DNA of 64,000 bases, from assembly GCF_964204645.1 (NCBI RefSeq), contig NC_134027.1:186001-250000 (forward strand). The letters are read 5' to 3'. Source of the stretch: Tubulanus polymorphus. Lineage: Eukaryota > Animalia > Nemertea. The first letter of the stretch is position 1; each line of letters opens with the position of its first letter. Both the position numbers and the translations under genes were made by a program. Under the pieces are notes generated by a model. That model had not been told where the DNA came from, ran no database searches, and saw only the letters and a list, made by a program, of their open reading frames with translations. Of the stretch, positions 24,754-36,598 are shown piece by piece.

Positions 24754-27700
24754 TCAGTTCATGTATAACAACCTCGAACGACAACAAACGCGTGATTTAG
24801 AACTGATATTATCGCATCCATTCGCACTTCCAGACAACGGACCATCGATTATATTATCACAATAACTAAAACAGTCAGGATTTAAATTCGGGCAGGCTGT
24901 GATGAAATCACGTAACGCGGCACCGGACACGAGGGAACAACCGCTTAAATCGAGACCGGTTAATTCGGGTAGACCTCCGTGTGATATCAGCGATCTGAAA
25001 TTACATTCAAACATAATTCGAAAATAAGATTGTAGGTTTTAACTGAAACTACATACAAGAATCATTACCCTTATAAACATATGACTGGTTTAAATTAAGC
25101 TCATGTAGATCCCACCTACCTCAATCCCAGATCAGTAAATCTGTGACATCCTGAAAAGTTCAACGAAACGACATTTCGTCCGTATTTCAGTTTGGCATCT
25201 CGCCAGCTGGTCGGACGTCTGTCTACACGGAACGGACAATCATCGTACAACAAACACGACGTACAATCATTACTGTCGTCATAGCTACCATTACTACGAC
25301 TGTCGTCATCGCAACACGAAAAGTCATTGATATTTTCGAGTACGATTACACCGTTACTGGCTGGAACTGCCAGGTCCGAGTCCGAGTCCATCTGCCGCTC
25401 ATTATCAGGAACGTATGACGAGTCTGTCTGGTATCGTGAACATTCGTAATTTAATGTCTGTTCGTAATTCAAGTTCCCACAACACGGTGATAAACCTCTC
25501 TGACTTTCTGCACTGCATGATTTACCGAGAGCCCTCGTTAATCGGATGAGAGTAGCGTCCGTTAAATTAACACAACCGCAAAACTTTGCCACCTTTAACT
25601 TTGTGAAACATTGCTTCTTCCCGATACTGAAAATTATCAAAAATATAAATAACCTAAAATCAATGGAACAGTTTTAAAACGTCACGACCCCCGCGGCCAG
25701 CGTCAAAACTAATCAGGGTCAGAAATAGGCCCCTTAATATTGAGAGAAAAGTGATTGCTTTTGTTTTGTCAGTTCATAGCTGTCATAAATCTAAATTCAT
25801 GAAACCAAGATATTGATGATGTAATTAGGGATGCAGAGCCACTGTATTTCAGGGTTATGAATATGATTTCTCTATAACTAACCCTTTGAAAGCTGCATCA
25901 GATATCCTTGTGTATGACAAATCAATATGTTCTAGATTAGGACAATAAGTCAGGATAGACCTCAACTAAAATACAAATAAAACATCGATATTCCAAATTT
26001 TATCCATATTTCACGTGTGACTATCTCTTTACAGATCAGTCAGGACTCTTACCAATTCATTACTCAGGGCTTTACTGTGTGAAAGATTCAATAATTTTAC
26101 TCCGACTCCAACTTTAGGCAGAAGATATTTCGTAATTCTTCGCAACAGTTTGATTTCATTCTACAATGAAATAAAACAAGACAATTCAATGATTGTCGTC
26201 CGCAATCAACACAACTTTTATGAGTTGTTTCGCTTGGATGTTACTTCTACCCAGGAGTAAGTGAGGGAGGAGGGAGGAGGGGAACCTGACCTGAAAGCTG
26301 TTACATTGATGTTCTGATCCCAGCAGGGAGAGAGACATGTCAGAATGATTTCAATGGTTTTTTAAGAATTCTAAATTTACCTTTATAGCATCATTATCAA
26401 ATTGATCGCTATTGGTGCTGCAGTCACTGTCTGCAGATTCATCAATATCGGCATCTTCATCACGCATTATATATTCATCCTTTTCATCACAGTTTACATC
26501 GTCACTCTCATCATCATCATCACCAGCACCAGCAGCTGACTCATCGTAATGAAAACTCCAATCACCTGCAAGATTTATAATTCAAATTTCAAATCGATAG
26601 CAAGCGACTTTCTGATTGGTTTAGAGATAACTGCCATCCTCACCTTTCGCCCAATGAACAGGCAATACTTGTTTCCAGAGATATGGATCCATTGATAAAT
26701 CGGACCACTGTCGACACACTTGAGCACAGCGTCCCAGATCTTGAGCTCCCAGATAACTGAATATATTTAACAGTATTTCAGGTGGCAGAACTGCATGTGA
26801 TTCAATACTATCTTCACAACCTAAAAATAGAAATATAAATAAATACACTGAAATAACAAACAACCTTAATATCGAAATCAGTCATTGATATCGAGATAAA
26901 CTGACTGGTTTTTTTAAGAGGATCAGTATCTTGTAAATCTTTCACATGTTTCTCCGGCTGATTTTTCATATGTTCCTCGATCACTAATTTCTTCAATTCC
27001 CGAAGTTCGTCGTACGTGAAATATTTCATCAACAACGGTTGAAAAACCTGTCGATAAGAGAAACAATCACCGTATCAATACTTCATCATTCCGTATCAAT
27101 ACTTCATCATTCTGTTTAAAAATTCACATCATTACCGGCTCTTCGGATAAGTTGTACAGTCGTGTCTTAGAATTTGAAACAAATCTAAGACCAACTTAGT
27201 TCTATAGCCAATCTAACAACTTAAGACCAGTCTAAGACCATCTTAGTTCTATAGCCAATCTAACAACTTAAGACCAGTCTAAGACCATCTTAGTTCTATA
27301 GCCAATCTAACAACTTAAAACCAGTCTAAGACCATCTTAGTTCTATAGCCAATCTAACAACTTAAGACCAGTCTAAGACCATTTTAGTTCTATAGCCAAT
27401 CTAACAACTTAAAACCAGTCTAAGACCATCTTAGTTCTATAGCCAATCTAACAACTTAAGACCAGTCTTAAGATTTAAGACCTCTTTTTGACTTAAGCCA
27501 CGACTGTGCAACTAGCCCCCAAGTATAGCTCACAATAGGACTTAATCTCCTGTGAAAATTTCCTGGCGTATAGAACCAAAAAATGAAGCAGCAGCCAGTT
27601 TCACAGTTTTGAGTCGATAATTGAAAATAAACTAATTTTGATTCGATTCACAGAACTGTGAAACAAGATGAAGATGTTAAATTGAAGAGGTCAAACTTAA

Positions 27701-28635
27701 GGTCTTACCTCTTCTTCCTCTTTCATGTGAGGTATGAAATTCTCAGTGAACGCCTCTAACGCTTGTTTTAACTGTAATGCGTAGAACGTTATTTCAGGTT
27801 TAGGACGATGCAGACATTGATAACCGAGCTGCACTAAACTCAGTATATCCGATAAACGATTGTCTTTGTGACAGTTACAAACTGCCGTATTATGAATAGA
27901 AAGAGCTCGTAGTTTCGACTGTAATCGTGACATGATGTATTCGTTTTCGATTTTCTCGTGGCGTTTAAACTCGTTGAAAGTGTTGCTCAGATTTTGCAGA
28001 AGCATCTGTAATTCCAGTTCGCACGAGAAATTTGTGTTCGACAACTGAAAATAGATATTCACAAGAACATTCTGAGTGTAAGTCGTCAAATTAATGATCG
28101 TCACACTACGACTTAAGTGATGTTTTACTGTAGTTTGGTAGTGTCTGATTCTAGGCCACTGGCTAGAGAGGGTCGGGGTGATCTAGCCAGCAGTCAGCCA
28201 GGGACAGCACGGTAGAGGTATCGGCCATAAGCAATAAGGAATTTATTGGGGTAGGGGATACCATATCCACTCTTAAAACTACTACTCACAGGGGGGTAGG
28301 GAAATGGCTTTAACCTAAAAAGCTAAATGCATCTATGTGATGCTAGGTGCAATGAATGAACATTATCGTTTTCTTCTTTTTATTTGAAGAATTTTACATA
28401 AGTCCTGCAAATCATGTCTAAAAATGCAGTCGATTGCAGATTGCTCTGATTGAGGGTGAGTTGCGCGGTTATGAGGAAGATGTCAACAGTAATAAACAGT
28501 TCTACTCAATACTACACACAGTTCTCTATCATTCTAACATCTCATAATTACCAGATCATAATAATCATCCACCAAACTCTTCATTCTTAAATGTGGAATC
28601 GAGAAAACATCGACCTCTTCCGGGTACGGCGCCAT
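24754..28635 (-). CDS. FBXL5: F-box/LRR protein 5 (hemerythrin + F-box + LRR + C-terminal Cys cluster), 9 exons, 620 aa
   Basis: Exons 28635-28552, 28044-27709, 27047-26906, 26820-26644, 26565-26381, 26160-26053, 25965-25883, 25626-25120 and 24994-24754 join in frame (1863 nt). N-terminus [54 protein letters not shown]; F-box LPPEILLNIFSYL; C-terminal YCDNIIDGP...GCDN...VCCRS. The donor at 26905 is the best of several candidates. Confidence 0.95.
27150..27512. mobile_element. Intronic MITE-like element carrying an internal 6 x 47 bp tandem array (27185-27466)
   Basis: TIRs AGTTGTACAGTCGTG / CACGACTGTGCAACT enclose the unit CTAAGACCATCTTAGTTCTATAGCCAATCTAACAACTTAAGACCAGT. Confidence 0.8.
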
Positions 28636-28853
28636 TTTGTTTTCATCTCGCGACTTCTCGCGCGCGACTGACGAGATTCCGCGTGAAGTAGGTGACGTCA
28701 CGCGTTACTGTGGCGACGTTGTTACTGGCGTCAATGCGGAACATTAGTATCTGGACTGTTACAGTGAGGAACACAGCTGACTGTAAAACTTCCAGCTCGC
28801 TTTTCAATTAATTCTGCTGACACCGCACGGGATCTTTTAAAGTCTATCCCGTC
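28636..28853. promoter_or_regulatory. 218-bp bidirectional promoter between FBXL5 and the SPMIP1-like gene
   Basis: Divergent ATGs at 28635 and 28854; TCTCGCGA at 28646-28653, CRE TGACGTCA at 28693-28700 and X-box-like GTTACTGTGGCGAC at 28704-28717. Confidence 0.75.
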
Positions 28854-29468
28854 ATGGCTGGAAGAGGTTACCCCGCTGACACTCAGAGACAAAGATCGTT
28901 CGCTGAAACTATCAAAAAAGAGAGGGACGCTCGTTTGGCTTGGTGGAAAAAACTCGTGCAAGGCGGTGAAAATGCGGCTTCGATGGGTGGAAAATCTCAA
29001 CAGTATCACGTCTTCCGAAAAAAGATCGAAAATCAAAACGCGGCTGCAACTGCTGAAGAGTTGACGAAGAAACTGCCCGAAATTCGTAAAGAAAAGCATT
29101 TTCATAAAAGAATGCATTCGGATTTGGACGCGTTAATGTTGAATAAAGATAGCGGTAAAAATGTGGAAAATATCCTGGTCGAAATGCGACCCCCTCGGCG
29201 TCGAACTCGGAAATTATTGTATAACGGATTTTCTAAAGAAGGCGCCGGAAGATTTCAATATTTGCAGAAAAGATATCACGAAATTCCTGAAGATAAGTTC
29301 GCATATCCGATATTGAGTTCGTGGGAGTACGGCTGGAGATTGGGTGACGTTATCAAAAAAGAGGACATCAAAAAACCGGAATATGGACGAACGAGAATCG
29401 TGGCTGATACGTTTTATACGCGAACGGGGATCCCGACTTTAGAGCGAGTGCAGACCAGCCTTTTTTAG
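28854..29468 (+). CDS. SPMIP1: SPMIP1/ATP6V1FNB-like (sperm/ciliary microtubule inner protein family), intronless, 204 aa
   Basis: Family motifs Q..F.E.I.KE...RL.W at the N-terminus, EMRP....TRKLLYNGFSKEGAGRFQYL, PEDKFAYPILSSWEYGWRL and FYTRTGI. Confidence 0.8.
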   Translation: MAGRGYPADTQRQRSFAETIKKERDARLAWWKKLVQGGENAASMGGKSQQYHVFRKKIENQNAAATAEELTKKLPEIRKEKHFHKRMHSDLDALMLNKDSGKNVENILVEMRPPRRRTRKLLYNGFSKEGAGRFQYLQKRYHEIPEDKFAYPILSSWEYGWRLGDVIKKEDIKKPEYGRTRIVADTFYTRTGIPTLERVQTSLF

Positions 29469-31420
29469 TGCCGCCGAAATCTGAATTTGTGCGTTCGATT
29501 TGTATACAAACTTCATACGTATTATATACATACATATATTTATATCATAATCTGTTTTGAGATGAAAAAAAAAGAAACGACTTTTTAAAAACTATTCAAA
29601 ACAAAGTGAACTTTATTGTGCGTATTATTGATCCGTTTTTATTCGCTGGTTTAAATATTTGAAAGACGGTTATTTTCGAGAGACTTCTCAGTCTTCTATT
29701 CAAAATGGTGGAAAACTTCGCGAGGAAATAATTCGACCAGGAATCGGACGGTGGAATGTGTTGTTTTGTTAACGAGCAGGTTATTTCAAAACCTGTTTAT
29801 GGCAGTCGATTCGGCGATTCAGGTGATTTGCTATGTGACAAACGTAATTTACAAAATCAAAAATTCATGGGCAACCGAATCAAAGGGATAACCCCTAAGC
29901 GAGATTTATGCAAATTTTTACATTCAGAATGACGTATTATGCAAATTTTCCCGCAGTGTTAATCACGTATTAAATTCATTTTGTAGACATTTTTTTAAAG
30001 ATCTATTTCTAATTTGTGTGAAAATATTAAAATCAAAAGCGACAATGTGTGTGCGGTGTGCCGCGCGATCAAAGCATGCACGTAAATCCTTCCACAAATA
30101 CTTAATCCTTTAAATGGATTTTACTTGTAATATATTCAATTAATTATATATATACTAATATTTATATTCATATATAGGATGATAGTATATATGTTGTGCG
30201 CGTACTTGAAATATGTGTGTGTCCGTGTGTTTTCAAGTTGATTCAAAAGATAAGCGCGGGATGTCGGTGTTCGAACCCGTCCCCGAGCTGTCTATATAAG
30301 TCCTTATCAGATGCCATCCGTCCAAATATGGCTAGTATAATAATATTTTATATATATCTGTTTAATTTATCTAATCATCAGGTCAGAAATTGTACTGACT
30401 TCTAATCAGTTTATATTTGTACATACTTGTAGAATTTATTATGACTGAAGATAGTTTTATGTAGTGTATATTTGCTAAACCGCAAATGACGTGTAAAATC
30501 CTGCGCATTCGGTACTTAATTAGAATACTGCGCACTCACTGGACAGTGTCGCAGTGTTTGACCGCTTAACACACACTGTGTCGTTATCAGGTTCTCACGC
30601 GGCCTTCAGATTGAAGGGTAAAAGTTTGACGAGATTAAAATGTTTATTTTGAACTTAACTAAAGATTCATGGAATGACTCGAATAAGACCTATACTAAAA
30701 GTGCACACGCGAAGCTCAGGAAACATTCCTTCATTTACTGAAATTTCGAATAGTAAAAGCGTCTCAAAGTCAACAGAACATCGGGTTTAAGACAAATAAC
30801 GAATTTTTTGAAGTCTCTTTCGTAAACGAAACTTTATTCCAAAGCTTAAGCTCTATCACAGGTCTGACTAAGAACCTGCAAGATTTGATACTCAGAAAAT
30901 CATCGGATCTGACCAAGAATCGACGTATTTTGTGCTTCTAATTCTAAAATGATAACGCCAGGAAACTATCATCAAAATGTGTGATGAAATCACTTCATCT
31001 AAAAACTTGTAAATAACACTTGTATATAATTCATGATTAAAATATATAAATAGATAGTTAGACAGTAAGATATTTTAGAAAGCTTTATTCGTCGTGTTTT
31101 GTCAGTTGTAGTTACTGTTAATGTCGTGTGGCTTCAAAGCGTGCAATATCTTGTACAAAATTATCTTTTTTTTCTGAAAATGAATTCGTTTCAAATTTTT
31201 TATCAATTTTATTTAAGGATCTATTTAATTATTTATATATGTATCAATTTACACCATTGTCCCTGATTAATTCTGGTAATGATTACGATGTGCACTGTTT
31301 GATATGATTATGTATGGAATTTTTGTTTGTTTACCAAAAATACCGTTATACGGATCACACTCTGCGGCCCAGGATCATGTAGCCCCTCAGACATTCGATA
31401 TTTTCTGACCACGTTTCAAA

Positions 31421-31643
31421 TTCACATGTGTTCAGTGCTTCACCTGAGACATCTCCAATTGAAAATGATCTACAAACACCAGATATAAGACATTTTATCA
31501 GCACACTTTCAAAAACTGATCGTCCACACTTCACATGTGTTCAGTGCTTCACCTGAGACATTTCTAATTGAAAATGAACTACAAACGCCAGACATTAGAC
31601 ATTTTATCAGCACACTTTCAAAAACTGATCGTCCACACTTCAC
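31421..31643. repeat. Tandem duplication, 2 x 109 bp; related rearranged copy at ~11166-11280 on the opposite strand
   Basis: TTCACATGTGTTCAGTGCTTCACCTGAGA...GATCGTCCACAC starts at 31421 and 31530; its reverse complement GTGAAGCACTGAACACATGT is at ~11217. Confidence 0.85.
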
Positions 31644-32381
31644 GATTGTATGAAGGGTTACTGGGCTGCAGTAATTGAGTATTTTAGGTATAGATTTGAC
31701 GTGTGTTTGAGGTAATAATCTATTTATATTCATCAGTGTGTTTTTGATGAGATTTTTAAAGCGATCTGTGATATATCTATAAATTTCGATATTTCGAAAG
31801 TATTTATTTCGTGAAGGATTCCGTATTTGCGTAAAATCTCACATTTTTCGAGGTTTTCTATTTCTATGAGAGCGCGTGCGCACACCACGCACACCACGCG
31901 CGCACACACTCCCTGTTTGTCGCACCTAATGTCACAATATTCTATGATTTTATTCTGAACTACTGGATGAAGACCCGTTGATTCTATGATAAACAGCTTG
32001 TTTGTAACACTAACGAGCAGAAGCGCTTATTTAATCTGATAAATCTGAGAAAAATATTTAAAACGTCATCAGTGGTGCCGCAACAAGTAGCTGCCACTCG
32101 TAATAAATTAATCTAATTCTGTTAAATGAAATTCTCATTATCAATGAATGTACTATTGATGAAATAATTAATTTAATGATAAAAATCTAAATAAAAAAAA
32201 CATTGTATATTCCTAATTTTCCTTGTTGCTAATTGTTGTTATCTGTATCGACTGAATTTGACGAATAGAACTAGTGGATTTATCCCCATGGAACCCCGGA
32301 AGGAAGCCCTCTGTTATTAGCGAAGATGATTTGAAACAGTATCACATTCGCTCAAATAAAGCATGATTTTACAACCAGTCA

Positions 32382-33080
32382 ACCACTCCTGACTGGTCAA
32401 CAGTTACCACACCTGACTGGTCACCAGTTACCACACCTGACTGGTCACCAGTTACCACACCTGACTGGTCACCAGTTACCACAACTGACTGGTCACCAGT
32501 TACCACAACTGACTGGTCACCAGTTACCACACCTGACTGGTCACCAGTTACCACACCTGACTGGTCACCAGTCACCACACCTGACTAGTCACCAGTTACC
32601 ACACCTGACTGGTCACCAGTTACCACACCTGACTGGTCACCAGTCACCACACCTGACTGGTCACCAGTTACCACACCTGACTGGTCACCAGTTACCACAC
32701 CTGACTGGTCATCAGTCACCACACCTGACTAGTCACCAGTTACCACACCTGACTGGTCACCAGTCACCACACCTGACTAGTCACCAGTTACCACACCTGA
32801 CTGGTCACCAGTTACCACACCTGACTGGTCACCAGTCACCACACCTGACTGGTCACCAGTTACCACACCTGACTGGTCACCAGCTACCACAACTGACTGG
32901 TCACCAGTTACCACACCTGACTGGTCACCAGTTACCACACCTGACTGGTCACCAGTTACCACACCTGACTGGTCACGGTCACCACACCTGACTGGTCACC
33001 AGTTACCACACCTGACTGGTCACCAGTTACCACACCTGACTGGTCACCAGTTACCACACCTGACTGGTCACGGTCACCAC
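32382..33080. repeat. Minisatellite, ~29 x 24 bp (ACCACACCTGACTGGTCACCAGTT)
   Basis: Near-perfect tandem array giving VVTGDQSG periodic ORFs. Confidence 0.97.
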
Positions 33081-33120
33081 TGACGGACCATTAACCATTA
33101 TACAAACTTCCAATGACAAC

Positions 33121-33262
33121 AGCTCAGTGGTCTAGGGGTTAGGACAGTGGACTGCCAACTGAGAGCCCCCGGTTCAAATCTCTACTGAGGCCATAACTAG
33201 GGTTAGGGTTACTGATCTAGGATTAGGGTTAGGGTTACTGATCTAGGATTAGGGTTAGGTTT
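33121..33262 (+). mobile_element. tRNA-derived SINE-like head followed by TTAGGG-type repeats
   Basis: A box TGGTCTAGGGG, B box GGTTCAAATC, then TAGGGTTAGGGTTACTGATCTAGGAT units at 33198-33262. Confidence 0.6.
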
Positions 33263-34995
33263 ACTACTTCTGTTTAGCCTTTTCTTGTTTTGTACTTGGG
33301 TTAATCATTGTCTTTTTTGCATCAGTATGTCTTCGCCATATATTCTATAGCAGTAACTATGAAGCACCTTCTCCCAGATAAAGAAAGTGTTCACGTCGAT
33401 TCCCTACACGCACGATACCAGTCGGTCGCGGTAATATTCACAGGTGGAACCTCGCTATTTGTTTAAAGGGTCGATTGTATTCACACGATTCAAATTACAT
33501 GTATAGGTTTACAGAATGTGATTAATAGTTACACTATCGGTGAACTCAATAGAGGAACATTCATCCACAGAATATCAATTCAAAACAATTCCTCGATATT
33601 GATTGTAGTCAAAAAGTTGAAAAATAACCTATTTCGATATTAGAGTTAACCAACAACTCCTGTAGAGCTATGGAACTGTGGAACTGGGTCTTATTTCTGA
33701 ATTCTTAAGATTCTTTTTCGATTATCAGTTTTGACAAACGATTCAGGTATTTAGTTTTATCGATGGGGGACGTCCCCAAATCAACTGTATCTATCTAGAA
33801 TAGATTCCTTCAATGATAGCTAAAGTGTTTGAATAAAATGTTTTTACTGAAAATGATAAGAAAACTTGTTTTTTCATTGATTGATTTGACGATAATGGCG
33901 CGCAGCCTGATGCCAGACGTGAAGTGTTTATTTGACGATAAACATTAGTAAATAAAGTGGCATTCTCCAAGGTGATTTCATTGATTCTGTTGCGCGAATT
34001 TAATAGCTAATTTACCGGTGTCTATTACTGGACTGCGTTCTGGTACGATATCCACGTGTGACAAAACGAGTTGGACCACACTTAAGATTTCCATAAGCCC
34101 TAACGATATGATAATGATCGGCGGAATGTTGAGTCATCCACGTAAAAGGCAATGTCATCTGACATGGGATCCGAACATGATCGGACTGCATGGGTACTCG
34201 GCAGTCTCGCTAATAAACCTGTCGATTGATGTCGGCTGTCTAAATCTGTGATACCGGTGGTACTAGTGCTTGAACTAAAGGGGTTTCAGAAAAAAAGGGA
34301 CTAAAGTGTTTTAGTCATTAGTACGAGACCTAACTGATCAATTTCACATAATATTCTTCAAACTGGAGATCTCGACATACTCTCCTCATGGCCTGCGACG
34401 TCTCAACCGAAACCTCAGATTTGACTCCAAATATATCAGATACTGGTGACACCACGTGACAGAATGTACCTGGAATGCGATGCTCCAAATGGTCACGTGA
34501 CTAGTAATCTGAGTAAGAAGGATACTTGAATCTCTCCGATCTCACCCCAGACACGGTTACTCCTACGGCGGAAATTCCCGACAAATTCCGATTGAAAGTT
34601 ACTGTTTCGGGTAGTCATGATTACACGTGACCTCGCGTAACTAACGACACATATTTAATTATAACATGGCGTGTTAGTTTTATTAATGTTTCACAGTTGG
34701 ATGAGAACCAGTTCTTCTGTTACAATAAATTCATTCAATATAGAACCTCATAATAATCTCGCGTTTAGACTTTTTTAACGTAAACCCTTTATGAATATAG
34801 TATGTATATATACATGGCAGGTTTAGTTTGGTTTGGTTGACTGGTCATTGTTTCTTATTCTACGACTTGTACAAGCACACCTATAATGACAATTAGATTA
34901 TGAACCGGTTATTAAAACTTATAGGGTTGGACTTAGTGACATACATAACATAACAGACGTGTAGCGACTGTCTGTTTAGCTGTAATAGTATCGAG

Positions 34996-35571
34996 ATGAC
35001 GAGTAGAGGTTTCCCGGCTGATACGGCCACGCAGAAATTTCTCGAACAAGTTTTCGATAAGGAACGCGATTCTCTAATTTACTGGTATCAGAAATCTTTG
35101 AAAAACGGAACCGAATTACAAACGGAAGCTTCGTCGAAACAGTACGAAGTTTTCAAGAAGAAAATCGCCGCTCATAATGTCGACGCGAGCGTGGAGGAAA
35201 TCGCTAAAAAACTGGCGGAAACTCCGCAATCTGATCGCAGTTTAGGACGCAGGGATGTAACTGTACACCCGGATAGGGTTTACAGTAGCGAGGAACTGGC
35301 CGAGATGAGACCGGTCAGTAACTGTTCACGCGCTATGCTATATAACGGTATCTCACGCGACGGAAAAGGACGCCAACAATATCTGAATCGTCGAACGGAG
35401 AAAATACCCGAAAAGAAATACGAATTTCCGGTGGTTAGTTCGTGGGAATACGGCTGGGGATTGAGCGATGTGAAGAAGGATGATATAAAGAAACCTCAGC
35501 ACGGTCGAACCCGAGTTATCGACGACACGTTCTATAACAGAAATGGCGTCGAAAATTCCGATCAACGATGA
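34996..35571 (+). CDS. Second SPMIP1/ATP6V1FNB-like paralogue, intronless, 191 aa
   Basis: Aligns end to end with 28854-29468: RGFPADT, SKQYEVFKKKI, EMRP, LYNGIS.DG.GR.QYL, SSWEYGW, DIKKP..GRTR...DTFY.R.G. Confidence 0.85.
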   Translation: MTSRGFPADTATQKFLEQVFDKERDSLIYWYQKSLKNGTELQTEASSKQYEVFKKKIAAHNVDASVEEIAKKLAETPQSDRSLGRRDVTVHPDRVYSSEELAEMRPVSNCSRAMLYNGISRDGKGRQQYLNRRTEKIPEKKYEFPVVSSWEYGWGLSDVKKDDIKKPQHGRTRVIDDTFYNRNGVENSDQR

Positions 35572-36484
35572 TAAAAATAAGGATTTTCTTTTAAACTTTT
35601 TCAAAAGCGGTACGTTTTTACTCAGTAATATTGATTCGCAGTGGATGTCGCCGTAGTTGTGATAACTTTAGTTTACTGACGACTCAAACTTAGTGATACA
35701 AAAATACAAATTGAACTCAAATAAAGACAATTTCAGTTGTGATGGTTTATCGACAAATGATGACTTAAATGAGTTTAACTTTGTATTCATTAGGATTTAC
35801 GACATACGACACACGATATCTCAAACCTATGGGTCTTTCAATAGGTTTCCGTTTTCGTTCAGTTTTTAGAAATCTGTGGTTTTTTCTTGTGTTTTGTAAA
35901 GTTCCAATCTTTAGTTTTTTACGTTCACGCTGAAATGATTTAATCAAAATAGAATTTTATTATCATTTTAGACATAATTTTGAATAAATAGAAAATGATT
36001 TCTTTTTTCTAAGTGAAGTTTTCTCGTTTATCGCTTATCATTGACTGTTAATGTCAGTTTTCGTCAGGGTCTCGGATGGCGTGTTCCTCGGTTGCAGGTC
36101 GAATAGTCAGATGCCAAATGCTGCCGCTGCTGCTGCTGCCACCCCGCCAACGCCGCTGCTTCTGCTGTTTCAGGTGCAGGATGATAATGCTGCTGCTGCC
36201 GCTGCCGCTGCTTCAGGTACATGAATCACTCGTTGATTGCGTTGCATTGATTTTCACTCAACCGATACAAAAAAATAACGCATGCGCCACTTTAGATCAG
36301 CGAGAGCTTCTCTCGTGACGTTTGATTGGAAAGTTTAATCAAAGCTCTCGCACACACCGGAAACAACACTAAACAAGTGAACAAATAAACCTAGTAACCG
36401 CTACATTCAGATCTCTTTATTCAGTTAATGGTTACTTCATGTAGATTGTCAGTCAAATCTCTAGTGACCTGAACAGATTGAACC

Positions 36485-36598
36485 TTGTGGAAACCACCCG
36501 GCTTGCCGGGCCACAATACTGTCAAACCCGCAGAGCCTGGTCTTTGTGGAAACCACCCGGCTTGCCGGGCCACAGTACTGTTGAACCCGCAGAGCCTG
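36485..36598. repeat. 2 x 59 bp tandem duplication containing a GC hairpin (CCCGGC-TT-GCCGGG)
   Basis: Copies start at 36485 and 36544. Confidence 0.9.

Noticed and set aside
32382-33080. CRISPR array or VVTGDQSG repeat protein
   Set aside because: No spacers; in-frame stops occur in variant units; simple minisatellite.
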